64,000 nt of DNA from Roseovarius sp. (GCF_965277045.1 NZ_OZ255712.1:847340-911339); one strand, 5' to 3'; shown: positions 1-11,074, counted from the stretch's first letter. The notes: generated by a model not told the origin, from the letters alone. Made by a program: numbers and translations.

Positions 1-601
1 CCACGCCGATCTCGGCATGATATCCCGGGGCGATCCGGTGGACGTAGGACGGCGCCAGCTTGGCGTAAGGGGCGCTGTCGGTCGGGATGCCTGTCTGCAG
101 TTGCAAGATCACCTTGGCGTCGGGGCCGGGGCTGAGGCCGAACGTGATGTCGGTTTCCAGCACGCCGTCGAAACTGTCGATGATCACCGCCCGGCTGTCG
201 ACGCTGATCCAGCCGGGCGTGTCCCCAAGCGCGACCCCGCGCCCCAGGCTGAGGCCGGGGCGCAGGGCGAAGGTTTCCCGCGCCATCCCGAGGCCGAATT
301 CGGCAGCGAGGCGCAGGGTGCGGTCGGTGGCGCCGACGGGCCAGCGCAGAAAGGCGATGGCCTTGGACATGTTGTCCTCGCGGCCGCCCGCGTCGAGGCC
401 GAGCGTCAGCCGGTCGGTCAGCCCGTGTTCGGCATAGACCGAGCCGTAGAAGCCGCCGCCGTCTGATATGCCGCCCTCGGCGTCGATCTCGATCGAGGTG
501 CTCAGAAACGTCCGGTCTTCGGCGCGCGGCCATGGGCCGGCCAGCGCCGGGGCGGGGGCGGCGAGCAACAGAACCGGAATGACGACGCGCTTGAGCGGCA
601 T
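1..601 (-). CDS. Exported hypothetical protein (possible outer-membrane beta-rich protein), 3' end outside the window
   Basis: My translation from ATG 601: MPLKRVVIPVLLLAAPAPALAGPWPRAEDRTFLSTSIEID...YAEHGLTDRLTLGLDAGG. It has a signal peptide ending ALA and a GAGG SD-like sequence upstream. It runs off the window edge, so the ORF track lacks it. Confidence 0.75.
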   Translation of the reverse strand, partial: MPLKRVVIPVLLLAAPAPALAGPWPRAEDRTFLSTSIEIDAEGGISDGGGFYGSVYAEHGLTDRLTLGLDAGGREDNMSKAIAFLRWPVGATDRTLRLAAEFGLGMARETFALRPGLSLGRGVALGDTPGWISVDSRAVIIDSFDGVLETDITFGLSPGPDAKVILQLQTGIPTDSAPYAKLAPSYVHRIAPGYHAEIGV

Positions 602-659
602 GGCACCTCACGCGGTCAGCTTGGTCAAATTTGGTAAATGCCAGGTTAACGCGGCCCGG

Positions 660-2068
<1,409 letters not shown>

Positions 2069-2076
2069 CCTGCCGC

Positions 2077-2182
2077 TTCCTCTGGCCGTAAATATCCCGG
2101 GGGTGCGGGGGCTGGCCCCCGCCTGAACCTGCGTGCGGCGCCAGCCCCCGCTTTACAACGCGTGCGGGGGCTGGCCCCCGCA
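2077..2182. repeat. REP/BIME-like palindromic cluster between convergent fdx and purD
   Basis: TTCCTCTGGCCGTAAATATCCCGGGGG (2077-2103) followed by three alternately oriented GCGGGGGCTGGCCCCCGC-type palindromes. The same head sequence recurs in reverse at 42955-42982. Confidence 0.75.
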
Positions 2183-2214
2183 TCGGTCGGATCGCGCGCA
2201 GCGCGGTCCGAACC

Positions 2215-3480
2215 TCAGTACAGCGCCCGCCATCCGATATCGCGGCGGCAGAACCCTTCGGGCCAGTCGATCCTGTCGATCATGCCATAGGCCCGGTCGG
2301 CGGCCTCGCGCAGGGTGGCGCCGCGGGCGGTGACGTTCAGGACCCGGCCGCCGGTGGCGGTGATCTTTCCGTCCTTCTCGCCCGTTCCGGCGTGGAAGAC
2401 CATGTGAAAGCTGTCTTCCGGGCAGTCGTCCAGCCCGGTGATGACGCTGCCCTTCTCATAGGCGCCGGGATAGCCCTTTGCCGCCATCACCACGGTCAGG
2501 GCATGGTCGTCGGCCCAACTGGCCTCGACCTGGTGCAGGCGCCCCTCGGCGGCGGCCTGCATCAGGTCCAGCGCCTGTGCCCCGAGGCGCAGCATCAGGA
2601 CCTGGCATTCGGGGTCGCCGAACCGCACGTTGTATTCCACCAGCCGGGGCTGGCCGTCCTTGATCATCAATCCGGCGTAGAGCACGCCCTGGTAGGGCAT
2701 GTCGCGCTCGGCCATGACGCGCAAGGTGGGGCGGATGATCTCCTCCAGCGCCTTTTCGGCCACGGCGTCGGTCAGCACAGGGGCAGGAGAATAGGCGCCC
2801 ATGCCGCCGGTGTTGGGGCCGGTGTCGCCCTCGCCCACGCGCTTGTGATCCTGCGCGGTGCCCATGGGCAGGGCGGTCTGGCCGTCACACAGCACGAAGA
2901 ACGACGCCTCTTCGCCGTCCATGAATTCCTCGATCACCACTTCGGCGCCGGCGCTGCCGAAGCTGCCGCCGAACATGTCGTCGATGGCGGCGTGCGCCTC
3001 GTCCACTGTCTGGGCGATGATCACGCCCTTGCCGGCGGCCAGGCCGTCGGCCTTGACGACGATGGGCGCGCCCCGGGCTGTCACGTAATCCTTCGCTGCC
3101 CCGGCGTCGGTGAAGTGGCCATAGGCGGCGGTGGGCGCGTTCGCGGCGTCGCAGATCTCCTTGGTGAAGCTCTTGGAGGCTTCGAGCTGGGCGGCCGCCT
3201 GCGACGGGCCGAACACCAGAAAGCCCGCGTCGCGCAGCCGGTCGCCCACGCCCGCGACGAGCGGCGCCTCGGGGCCGATGATTACGAACTCGATGGCGTT
3301 GGCCTCGCAGAAATTGACCACGGCGGCCCCGTTCTCGATGTCCAGGCTGGCGCATTCGGCGATCTGCGCGATCCCGGCATTGCCCGGCGCCACGATCAGC
3401 TTGTCGCATTTGGGGTTCTGCATCACCGCCCAGGCCAGGGCATGTTCGCGCCCGCCGCCGCCGAGTATGAGAATATTCAT
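2215..3480 (-). CDS. purD: Phosphoribosylamine--glycine ligase
   Basis: MNILILGGGGREHAL, VVKADGLAAGKGV, QDHKRVGEGDTGPNTGGMGAYSP, EYNVRFGDPECQ. Confidence 0.97.
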   Translation of the reverse strand: MNILILGGGGREHALAWAVMQNPKCDKLIVAPGNAGIAQIAECASLDIENGAAVVNFCEANAIEFVIIGPEAPLVAGVGDRLRDAGFLVFGPSQAAAQLEASKSFTKEICDAANAPTAAYGHFTDAGAAKDYVTARGAPIVVKADGLAAGKGVIIAQTVDEAHAAIDDMFGGSFGSAGAEVVIEEFMDGEEASFFVLCDGQTALPMGTAQDHKRVGEGDTGPNTGGMGAYSPAPVLTDAVAEKALEEIIRPTLRVMAERDMPYQGVLYAGLMIKDGQPRLVEYNVRFGDPECQVLMLRLGAQALDLMQAAAEGRLHQVEASWADDHALTVVMAAKGYPGAYEKGSVITGLDDCPEDSFHMVFHAGTGEKDGKITATGGRVLNVTARGATLREAADRAYGMIDRIDWPEGFCRRDIGWRALY

Positions 3481-3630
3481 CTGTACCAAGACTCCGGTTT
3501 TGTTGGCTCTCTAATCGGTCGTCCTCAGGGTGGCAAGGACCCCGCCCGAGGCACGCCGTGATCCCGTGCCGCGGCTGCCAGGGGCGCGCCGCACGCACGC
3601 CCTAGCGGACAGGTGCGACCGTCTGTCGAG

Positions 3631-3656
3631 GGAACGGATCGGGTGCAGGCGGCGTT
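3631..3656 (+). promoter_or_regulatory. EcfG/RpoE2 (sigmaT)-type general stress promoter for pfpI
   Basis: GGAAC (3631-35) - 17 nt - CGTT (3653-56), exact consensus GGAAC-N16/17-CGTT. Confidence 0.7.
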
Positions 3657-3694
3657 TTCGGGTCAGAACGTAGATGTTATCCAGGAGTAATGAG

Positions 3695-4255
3695 ATGCCC
3701 AAACTGCAGAACCGACGAATCGCCATACTCGCCACCGATGGCTATGAACAATCCGAGCTGGAAAAGCCCCGCGATGCGCTGCTGAGCGAGGGGGCCGAAG
3801 TGCATATCGTCTCGACGCATTCCGGCCAGATCCGTGGCTGGAATGAAAACGACTGGGGCGACTCGGTGAATGTCGACAAGACGCTCGACGACGTCAGCCC
3901 CGCCGACTACGACGCGCTGGTGTTGCCTGGCGGTCAGATCAACCCCGACATGCTGCGCAACGACAAGAGCGCCGTGAGATTCATCAAGGCGATCTTCGAG
4001 GCCAAGAAGCCCATCGCCGCGATCTGCCACGCGCCGTGGCTGCTGGTCGAGGCGGGTATCGCCAAGGGGCGCAAGCTGACCTCGTTCCATTCGATTCGCA
4101 CCGACCTGGAGAATGCAGGCGCGATATGGGAAGACAGCCCGGTCGTGGTCGACCAGGGCGTGGTGACCAGCCGCAATCCCGACGACCTGCCGAACTTTTG
4201 CGGCAAGATGATCGAGGAAATCTGCGAAGGTCGTCACGAAGCCCGTGCCGCCTGA
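3695..4255 (+). CDS. pfpI: PfpI/DJ-1 (YhbO-like) type 1 glutamine-amidotransferase-fold protein
   Basis: IAILATDGYEQSEL, YDALVLPGGQINPD, AICHAPW with the nucleophile Cys, VVTSRNPDDLP; SD AGGAG upstream. Confidence 0.9.
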   Translation: MPKLQNRRIAILATDGYEQSELEKPRDALLSEGAEVHIVSTHSGQIRGWNENDWGDSVNVDKTLDDVSPADYDALVLPGGQINPDMLRNDKSAVRFIKAIFEAKKPIAAICHAPWLLVEAGIAKGRKLTSFHSIRTDLENAGAIWEDSPVVVDQGVVTSRNPDDLPNFCGKMIEEICEGRHEARAA

Positions 4256-4293
4256 CCTTTTCAACCGGGGCGGGATGCGTCAAAGATGCGGTC

Positions 4294-5820
4294 ATGTCTG
4301 ACCTGATTGACGATCCCGACCCGGGCGGAAACGCCCCCGAATTCTCGGTCTCCGACCTGTCGGGGGCGATCAAGCGCATGATCGAGGGAGAGTTTTCCCA
4401 CGTGCGCGTGAAAGGCGAGGTGGGACGCGTGAGCCGGCCTCGCTCCGGTCATGTTTACATGGACCTCAAGGATGATCGCTCGGTTCTGGCCGGGGTGATC
4501 TGGAAGGGTGTCGCCAGCAAGCTGGCGGTGCAGCCCGAAGAGGGGATGGAGGTCGTGGCCACGGGCCGGCTGACCACGTTCCCCGGACAGTCCCGTTATC
4601 AGATCGTCATCGAAGACCTGAAGCCTGCGGGCATGGGTGCGTTGATGGCCATGCTGGAGGCGCGGCGCAAGGCGCTGGCGGGCGAAGGCCTGTTTGCGCC
4701 CGAGCGCAAGAAGCGGCTGCCCTACCTGCCGGAAGTCATCGGAGTCGTGACCTCGCCTTCGGGTGCGGTGATCCGAGATATCCTGCACCGGCTGCGCGAC
4801 CGTTTTCCCCGCAAGGTGCTGATCTGGCCTGTCGCCGTGCAGGGTGAGAAATGCGCGCCCGAGGTGACGCGGGCCATTCAAGGCTTCAATGCGATGACGC
4901 CGGGCGGTGCGCTGCCGCGCCCGGACCTGCTGATCGTGGCGCGCGGCGGGGGCAGTATCGAGGACCTCTGGGGCTTCAACGAGGAATCGGTCGTGCGCGC
5001 CGCGGCGGCCTCGGAGATTCCGTTGATTTCCGCCGTCGGGCACGAGACGGATACGACGCTGATCGATTTTGCCTCGGACAAGCGGGCGCCGACGCCCACG
5101 GCGGCGGCCGAGCTGGCCGTGCCGGTGCGGCTGGACCTGCTGGCATGGCTGGACGGGCAGGAAGGCCGGCTGTTGCAGGCGCTGAAGGGGCAGGTGACGG
5201 CCCGGCAACAGCGGCTGCGCGACCTGAGCCGGGCGTTGCCGCGCGGCGAGGCCCTGCTGGACGGGCCGCGCCAGAGGCTGGACGGGATGTCGGACAAGCT
5301 GCCCGGGGCGCTGCGTGCGTCGATCCAGGTGCGGCAGGTCACGCTGTCGGAAAAGGCCGGGGCGCTGCGGCCCGGTATGCTGCGCGAGCGCGTGCGGAAC
5401 CGCCGCGAGGCATTTGCGTCGCTGGCCGCGCGGGTGAACACGCGGGCGCTTCAACGGGATATCGGCCAGAAGCGCACGGAGTTCGACCGGGTAACCAAGC
5501 GTTTGTCGGATGTCGGTGCGCGGCAGATCAGCAGCTGGCGCGACAGGCTGGCATCGCAGGACCGCTTGCGTGAAACGCTGGGTTACAAGGCGACGCTGGA
5601 GAGGGGCTATGCCGTGGTGCGCGGCGACGGGGCGCTGGTGACGACGAAGGACGCGGCACAGGCAGCCGGCGCCCTGGAGATCGAGTTTGCCGACGGGCGG
5701 CTGGCGGTCGGCGGGGGCGATGCGGCCGCGACCCCGTCCCGGGCCACCGAGCGGGAGCCTGCGGCGAAGCCCGCGCCGAAGGCCAAGAAGACACCGCCCG
5801 AGCAGGGCAGCCTGTTCTAG
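4294..5820 (+). CDS. xseA: Exodeoxyribonuclease VII large subunit
   Basis: SGHVYMDLKD, IGVVTSPSGAVIRDI, LIVARGGGSIEDLWGFNEE, ISAVGHETD, RAPTPTAAAE. Confidence 0.96.
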   Translation: MSDLIDDPDPGGNAPEFSVSDLSGAIKRMIEGEFSHVRVKGEVGRVSRPRSGHVYMDLKDDRSVLAGVIWKGVASKLAVQPEEGMEVVATGRLTTFPGQSRYQIVIEDLKPAGMGALMAMLEARRKALAGEGLFAPERKKRLPYLPEVIGVVTSPSGAVIRDILHRLRDRFPRKVLIWPVAVQGEKCAPEVTRAIQGFNAMTPGGALPRPDLLIVARGGGSIEDLWGFNEESVVRAAAASEIPLISAVGHETDTTLIDFASDKRAPTPTAAAELAVPVRLDLLAWLDGQEGRLLQALKGQVTARQQRLRDLSRALPRGEALLDGPRQRLDGMSDKLPGALRASIQVRQVTLSEKAGALRPGMLRERVRNRREAFASLAARVNTRALQRDIGQKRTEFDRVTKRLSDVGARQISSWRDRLASQDRLRETLGYKATLERGYAVVRGDGALVTTKDAAQAAGALEIEFADGRLAVGGGDAAATPSRATEREPAAKPAPKAKKTPPEQGSLF

Positions 5821-5827
5821 CGCGGTC

Positions 5828-6223
5828 TCACACGCCGATCTCGGGGCCGAGGCAGTGGAGCGGCTCGCCGGTCTGTTCCATCTCGTAAAGCTGGGTCTGG
5901 GCCGGGTCGTTCTCGAACTGCGCGACGAGGCCCGAGCCGGAGCGCCGGAAGCTCCAGCATTGGGGGTCGGGCTTGCCCTCGTAGACGAAACAGATCAGCC
6001 CGTCATCCTCGTACCACTCGCCTTCCTGGCATGCACCGTCGAGGAAGGACCAGCGAACGCGGCGGTTTTCGAGATATTCCTCGCCGCCATAGGGCGCGCC
6101 CTGGGCGCCGTAATAGAAGGTCTTGCCGCGGGTATAGGCGTCGAACTCGTCGGCGGACATGAGGTCTTGGGCGACGGCGAGAAGGGGGGTGGCGGCAAGG
6201 ACGCAGGCAAGCAAGAAGCGCAT
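5828..6223 (-). CDS. Exported hypothetical protein (Cys pairs)
   Basis: Signal peptide MRFLLACVLAATPLLAVA; EEYLENRRVRWSFLDGACQEGEWYE...CFVYE...QCWSF. Confidence 0.75.
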   Translation of the reverse strand: MRFLLACVLAATPLLAVAQDLMSADEFDAYTRGKTFYYGAQGAPYGGEEYLENRRVRWSFLDGACQEGEWYEDDGLICFVYEGKPDPQCWSFRRSGSGLVAQFENDPAQTQLYEMEQTGEPLHCLGPEIGV

Positions 6224-6262
6224 GGCGTGATCCTGACAGATGCGGAAGGGGGAGACCACGGG

Positions 6263-7327
6263 TTATTCGCCCGGCACAGGCCTGGCCACGGTCGCGCCGG
6301 CGCGATCCCGCCATTTGGCGCAGCGGCGGTCCATGATGCGGCGCCACAGCGTGGGGAAAAGGGCGATGGTGGCCATCAGAGGCAAGGGCAGGGGCAGCAT
6401 CGGCATGGTCGCGGGGTCGAGTTGCAGCGCGGGATAGCCGCGCGCGGGAGTGACATGGTGATCCGAGTGGCGCGGGGCGTTCAGCATCAGCGCCGAGGAG
6501 AACCAGTGCGGTGTGTTCCACGAATGCTGCGGGCCGACGGGTTCCAGCCGTCCATCGGACAAGGTGACGCGGCGCAGGCCGTAATGCTGAACGTAATCAG
6601 ACAGGAGGATCTGCACCTGCGCATAAAGCGAGAGTGCCAGAAGCGCCGCCAGCGCCGGGACGCCGCCGATCAGCGTTGCGGCCAGTATCAGCGCCGCGGC
6701 GCCGCCGATGTAGAGCGCGTAAGGATGGCTCCAGAGCGGCTTGCGGCCGGCCCGCAGGCGGTTCTCGGCCCTTAGGCCCGCGCGGAACGATCCTGCGCTG
6801 GCCCGCAGGGCATAGCGGTAGAACCCTTCGCCGGGCCGGGCGCTGTTGGGGTCGCTGTCGCTGCCCACGTGGACATGGTGCACCCGCAGGTGGGCGCTGG
6901 CGTGGTGGCCGACCAGCAGCGAGGTATAGATCAGCCGGCCCAAGAGGCGCAGGGACCGGGCCTTGCGGTGGATGAGCTCATGCGCGACGGGGTGCGAGAT
7001 CTGGCCGAAGAAGAGCCCGGTGGCGAAGCCCGTGAGAAAACGCTCCACACCCGACAGGCCGGACGGCCCCGCAATGGCCCAGAGCGCGGCGGCATAGAGG
7101 CCGAAATGCGCGATGCCGAGCGCGGCCAGCAGCGTGTCGGCGGCGGGAAACTCGGCCTCGGGGTCGGTATTGGCGGCCTCGACCGCGATCAGGCGGTCCA
7201 GAAGGAAGGTCAGTACCGTCAGATACCCGAGCGCCAGCCACGCCCAGGCACCGCCCCACGCCGCACCCAGCCCGATCAGCAGGACGGGCAGGCATGTCGC
7301 GATGGTGAAAAGACGCAGGTCTTTCAT
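6263..7327 (-). CDS. alkB: AlkB-like membrane di-iron monooxygenase (alkane 1-monooxygenase family)
   Basis: His boxes AHELIH, HLRVHH, DYVQHYGL and PRHSDHH plus several TM segments; start trimmed to ATG 7327. Confidence 0.85.
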   Translation of the reverse strand: MKDLRLFTIATCLPVLLIGLGAAWGGAWAWLALGYLTVLTFLLDRLIAVEAANTDPEAEFPAADTLLAALGIAHFGLYAAALWAIAGPSGLSGVERFLTGFATGLFFGQISHPVAHELIHRKARSLRLLGRLIYTSLLVGHHASAHLRVHHVHVGSDSDPNSARPGEGFYRYALRASAGSFRAGLRAENRLRAGRKPLWSHPYALYIGGAAALILAATLIGGVPALAALLALSLYAQVQILLSDYVQHYGLRRVTLSDGRLEPVGPQHSWNTPHWFSSALMLNAPRHSDHHVTPARGYPALQLDPATMPMLPLPLPLMATIALFPTLWRRIMDRRCAKWRDRAGATVARPVPGE

Positions 7328-7533
7328 GGGGCCTCTGGGATCTTGCTTCGCCGGAACCATTAACATGGGGGCGATTACGATTCGCTCAATCTTCGATGTC
7401 GGGTTGGCCGGATAAACCTGCGGCGGCGTGACGAGGGAGCAAGGTTTATCCCCCTTGGGGTGATTTCTGAGATGTTCACTCTGCTTTGGATTGAGGGCGG
7501 GGGGGTCTTGGCCGTGCGCCGGGCGTGATCCGG

Positions 7534-8421
7534 TCAGTCGTTGCGGTAGACGGCGCAGATGCAGCCCGCCTTCTTGAATTTCGCGCAGTCGCGCCAGGCC
7601 GTATCGCGGCTGTCGCGGCCGAGGCGGGCCATGAAATAGCCGCCCTTGGGGCTGGCGCGGCTTTTCTGGAACAGCAGGTCGGGGTCTTCCTTGCCGATGA
7701 GGCCGGCGCAGGCGCGGGTCTGGGCCCTGAACTTGGCCAGGGACGTTTTCTTGGTCATGCCGAAGGCCATCTGTATGCCCCAGGGTTTGACCTTGGGCAG
7801 GTAGGATTTGAGCGCGGTCATGCGGCGGTTGCGGGCCAGCTCGAAGCACGCCTTGTCGAAGGGCAGATCGTGCGAGAGGCGCAGGTCGGGGGTGGGTTGG
7901 GGCTCTTCGGTCCAATTCGGGTAAGGCACGCCGGTGATGATGCGGACATAGTCGACGGTCTCTTGGGCCAGCCCGCCGGTGCCGGCGATCAGCCCTTCGG
8001 CGCGGCGCTCGCCGCCGTTATAGCCGATGGCGGCGAGGCCCGGATTGCCGTAGCGCCGGGCCATTTCGGCGAGGTAGTGCGCGGAATGCTCCAGCGCCTC
8101 GGCGGGGTTGTAGGGGTCCGAGAGGCCGCGCAGCTTGGCGGTGGAGGGGATGAACTGGGCGATGCCGCGGGCGTTGGCGGGGCTCAGCGCGTTGGGATCG
8201 AAGCGGCTTTCCTGCCAGATCAGGCGGGCGAAGAAATGCGGGTCGAGCCCGTGCCGGGTGGCGAAGGTTTCGATGGCGTTGCAGGTGTCGTAGACGAAAT
8301 GCGCCTTGCGGATGCACAGGGGCGGCCCCCACTTGTCGGTGGAACAGATCGTGTCGGGCGGCGTCGCCAGCGCGGGGCCGGGGACCAGCATGGAGACGAG
8401 AAGGACGAGGCGCAGAAGCAT
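7534..8421 (-). CDS. Secreted lytic transglycosylase (SLT domain) with C-terminal SPOR-like region
   Basis: Signal peptide; ARLIWQESRF (catalytic Glu), ARGIAQFIPSTA, AAIGYNGG. Confidence 0.88.
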   Translation of the reverse strand: MLLRLVLLVSMLVPGPALATPPDTICSTDKWGPPLCIRKAHFVYDTCNAIETFATRHGLDPHFFARLIWQESRFDPNALSPANARGIAQFIPSTAKLRGLSDPYNPAEALEHSAHYLAEMARRYGNPGLAAIGYNGGERRAEGLIAGTGGLAQETVDYVRIITGVPYPNWTEEPQPTPDLRLSHDLPFDKACFELARNRRMTALKSYLPKVKPWGIQMAFGMTKKTSLAKFRAQTRACAGLIGKEDPDLLFQKSRASPKGGYFMARLGRDSRDTAWRDCAKFKKAGCICAVYRND

Positions 8422-8518
8422 GTCGGCATGGTTGCCTGCGGGCCGCGCTTGTCAATGGTGGGTTTTCATCGGGGGCGGGGCGGTTTAACTGGAGAGGTCA
8501 GAAAGCAGGGGTGTCTCA

Positions 8519-9964
8519 ATGGCGTTTTTCCGCAAGCTGAAGGATCGGTTGTTCAAGTCTTCCTCGAAGCTGGAGGAAGGGCTGGACGCGATTGTCGAGG
8601 ACGGGGGCGAGGCCGAGGAGCTGACCGAGGCGGCGGAACCGGACCCAAAGCCGGAGCCTGCGCCGGAAACTGAGCCGGAGCCTGAACCTCAGCCGACGCC
8701 GGAGCCAGAACCCGAGCCGGAACCGACGCCGGAGCCGGAACCTCAGCCGAGGCCTGACCCGCAACCAGAGCCCGAGCCTGAGCCAGAACCAAAGCCCGAG
8801 CCTGAGCCGGAACCGGAGCCCGCGCCGGAACCGGACCCCGAGCCACGGCCCGAGCCGCGTCCGACGCCTCCGCCGGAGCCGCGCCCCGACCCGTCGCCGC
8901 CGGAAGTTCCCGTGCCGCCGAGCGAAGTGCCGCCAGCCGCGCCGCAGGAGGTGCCGCAGACGCCGCCCCTGGAAGACCCGGTGCGTGCGCCCGATCCGCA
9001 GCCCATGCCGACGCCGATTGAGATCCCGCCCGACACGCCGAAGAGCGAGGCCGCGCCTGCCGCGAAAACGGGCCTGTTCGGGCGGCTGCTGGGACGTGGC
9101 GAGGCCAGGACGGTGGTGCGCCGGGTGCTCGACGACGACATGCTGGAACAGCTCGAAGAGCTGCTGATCACCGCCGATATGGGCGTCGACACGGCCCTGC
9201 GCGTCACCGCGAACATGGCCGAGGGGCGGATGGGGCGGAAATTATCGAGCCAGGAAATCAAGGAGCTTCTGGCGCGCGAGATCACGCGGATCATGGAGCC
9301 TGTGGCAAAGCCCATGCCGCTGTATCCCAAGCGTCCGCAGGTGGTGCTGGTGGTGGGGGTGAACGGATCCGGCAAGACCACGACCATCGGCAAGCTGGCG
9401 AGCCAGTTCAAGGCGGCGGGCAAGTCGGTGGTGATCGCCGCGGGCGACACGTTCCGCGCCGCCGCCGTGGAGCAATTGCAGGTCTGTGGCGACCGCGCGG
9501 GCGTGCCGGTGCTGACCGCGCCCGAGGGCAGCGACCCCGCCAGCCTGGCGTTTGATGCGATGGACAAGGCCGAGAAGGACGGTGCGGACCTGCTGATGAT
9601 CGACACGGCCGGACGGTTGCAGAACCGCGCCGACCTGATGGAGGAGCTGGCCAAGATCGTGCGCGTCATCCGCAAGAAGGACCCCGACGCGCCGCACAAC
9701 ACGCTGCTGGTGCTGGACGCCACCACGGGGCAGAACGCGCTGAGCCAGGTCAAGACGTTCCAAGAACTGGCCGATGTGTCCGGTCTGGTGATGACCAAGC
9801 TGGATGGCACCGCGAAGGGCGGTGTTCTGGTGGCGCTGGCCGACAAGTTCGGTCTGCCGATCCACGCCATCGGGGTGGGCGAGCAGATCGACGATCTGGC
9901 GCCGTTCGACCCGGAGGATTTTGCCGCGGCGCTGACGGGCCTGGAGCAAGGCGCGCCGGCATGA
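8519..9964 (+). CDS. ftsY: SRP receptor FtsY with long Glu/Pro-rich N-terminal region
   Basis: [43 protein letters not shown]. Confidence 0.96.
   Translation: MAFFRKLKDRLFKSSSKLEEGLDAIVEDGGEAEELTEAAEPDPKPEPAPETEPEPEPQPTPEPEPEPEPTPEPEPQPRPDPQPEPEPEPEPKPEPEPEPEPAPEPDPEPRPEPRPTPPPEPRPDPSPPEVPVPPSEVPPAAPQEVPQTPPLEDPVRAPDPQPMPTPIEIPPDTPKSEAAPAAKTGLFGRLLGRGEARTVVRRVLDDDMLEQLEELLITADMGVDTALRVTANMAEGRMGRKLSSQEIKELLAREITRIMEPVAKPMPLYPKRPQVVLVVGVNGSGKTTTIGKLASQFKAAGKSVVIAAGDTFRAAAVEQLQVCGDRAGVPVLTAPEGSDPASLAFDAMDKAEKDGADLLMIDTAGRLQNRADLMEELAKIVRVIRKKDPDAPHNTLLVLDATTGQNALSQVKTFQELADVSGLVMTKLDGTAKGGVLVALADKFGLPIHAIGVGEQIDDLAPFDPEDFAAALTGLEQGAPA
8630..8900 (+). repeat. In-frame (Glu-Pro)n low-complexity tandem repeat in ftsY
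   Basis: Repeated GAGCCG/GAGCCT/GAACC units encoding [16 protein letters not shown]. Confidence 0.85.
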
Positions 9965-10545
9965 TCGAAGACCTCCTTGCGCGGTTCGGCACGCTGGAGC
10001 TGGCCTTCGATACGACGCTTTTCATTGCGGTGGCGAGCGCGGTATGGACCGTGGTCAACCGCCTGGTCCAGGCGGCCTATTTTCAGCTGTCCCTGCGCAC
10101 CCGGGAATTCGAGTTCATTCTGGAGCCGCATAGCGGCGTGCCGCAGAACATCACCAGCCTGAACCTTTTGCTGATCCGCTATGGCAACGACACCTATCTG
10201 AGTTCGCTTGCGAGCGATCAGGAACGGCATCACGGACGTCTGCGCAACAAGGTCTTCCGACTGGCCGAGGCGCTGCCGTCAGAGGCGGCACCGATCAGTG
10301 TGAAGCTAAGGCTCCACAAACGGCTGGGAACTCAGTTCAAGCTGTTTGTCGAAGTTATCGGCGACCCTGCGCCGGCCATAGACTATCTGAACGGGCATGA
10401 GGCAATCACCGGTGTGACATCGAAAGAGCGGCCCAAGCTGGCGCCGCAGAACCCGCAGCGGCATCGCATCTTTTTTCTGCTGGATCGGCTGGACAAGGAA
10501 AAGACTGTCGACGGGCACACAAACAATTTCATTTATCCAGTCTGA
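9961..10545 (+). CDS. Hypothetical protein with one N-terminal TM segment, coupled to ftsY
   Basis: 194-aa ORF overlapping the ftsY stop (ATGA); no family recognised; more A/T-ending codons than neighbours. Confidence 0.6.
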   Translation: MIEDLLARFGTLELAFDTTLFIAVASAVWTVVNRLVQAAYFQLSLRTREFEFILEPHSGVPQNITSLNLLLIRYGNDTYLSSLASDQERHHGRLRNKVFRLAEALPSEAAPISVKLRLHKRLGTQFKLFVEVIGDPAPAIDYLNGHEAITGVTSKERPKLAPQNPQRHRIFFLLDRLDKEKTVDGHTNNFIYPV

Positions 10546-10567
10546 GGCGGCCGCGTGGCGCGCGGCT

Positions 10568-11074
10568 TCAGTGCGTGCCCATCAACTTCTCGATCTGGCC
10601 CAGCACGAAGAGCACGATCACGACGATGGCGGCGGCCATGGCGGCCAGCGGGATCTGGCCCGCGCCGCAACCGAGACCCACGGCGCCCGCCAGCCAGAGC
10701 GAGGCGCCGGTGGTGACGTTGCGCACCTTGTCGCCGGCGGTAAAGATCAGACCCGCGGCCAGGAAGGCGACCCCGGCGGTGACCGCCTCGATCATGCGGA
10801 TGGGGTCGTTGCGCTGCTCGCTGTTCCCGCCACTGAAGTCGAGCGCGGCCAGTTCGCGGCCGATGATGACGAACAGGCAGGCGGCGACGGACACCAGGAT
10901 ATGCGTGCGCAGACCGGCTGGTTTTTCGCGCATCTCGCGTTCGAACCCGATGAAGGCGCCGAGCACGACGGCGACGCTCAGACGCGCGAAGGCGACCGAG
11001 GCCGGGACCACTGAAAACGTGCCCTGCACCTCGTTCACGATCTGGTCCATGAATGCCGCGAGCATGGGTTGCAT
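10568..11074 (-). CDS. MgtC/SapB family membrane protein
   Basis: IGFERE...KPAGLRTHILVS, DPIRMIEAVTAGVAFLAAGLI, VTTGASLWLAGAVGLGCG; exact start uncertain (11074, 11065 or 11050). Confidence 0.9.
   Translation of the reverse strand: MQPMLAAFMDQIVNEVQGTFSVVPASVAFARLSVAVVLGAFIGFEREMREKPAGLRTHILVSVAACLFVIIGRELAALDFSGGNSEQRNDPIRMIEAVTAGVAFLAAGLIFTAGDKVRNVTTGASLWLAGAVGLGCGAGQIPLAAMAAAIVVIVLFVLGQIEKLMGTH

Noticed and set aside
8630-8900. Tandem repeats as CRISPR or a mobile element
   Set aside because: They are in-frame Glu-Pro codons of FtsY
9481-9495. FtsY reads QVCGDR where Trp is usual (TGT versus TGG)
   Set aside because: A single-base difference that could be a sequencing error or neutral variant; nothing else suggests loss of function
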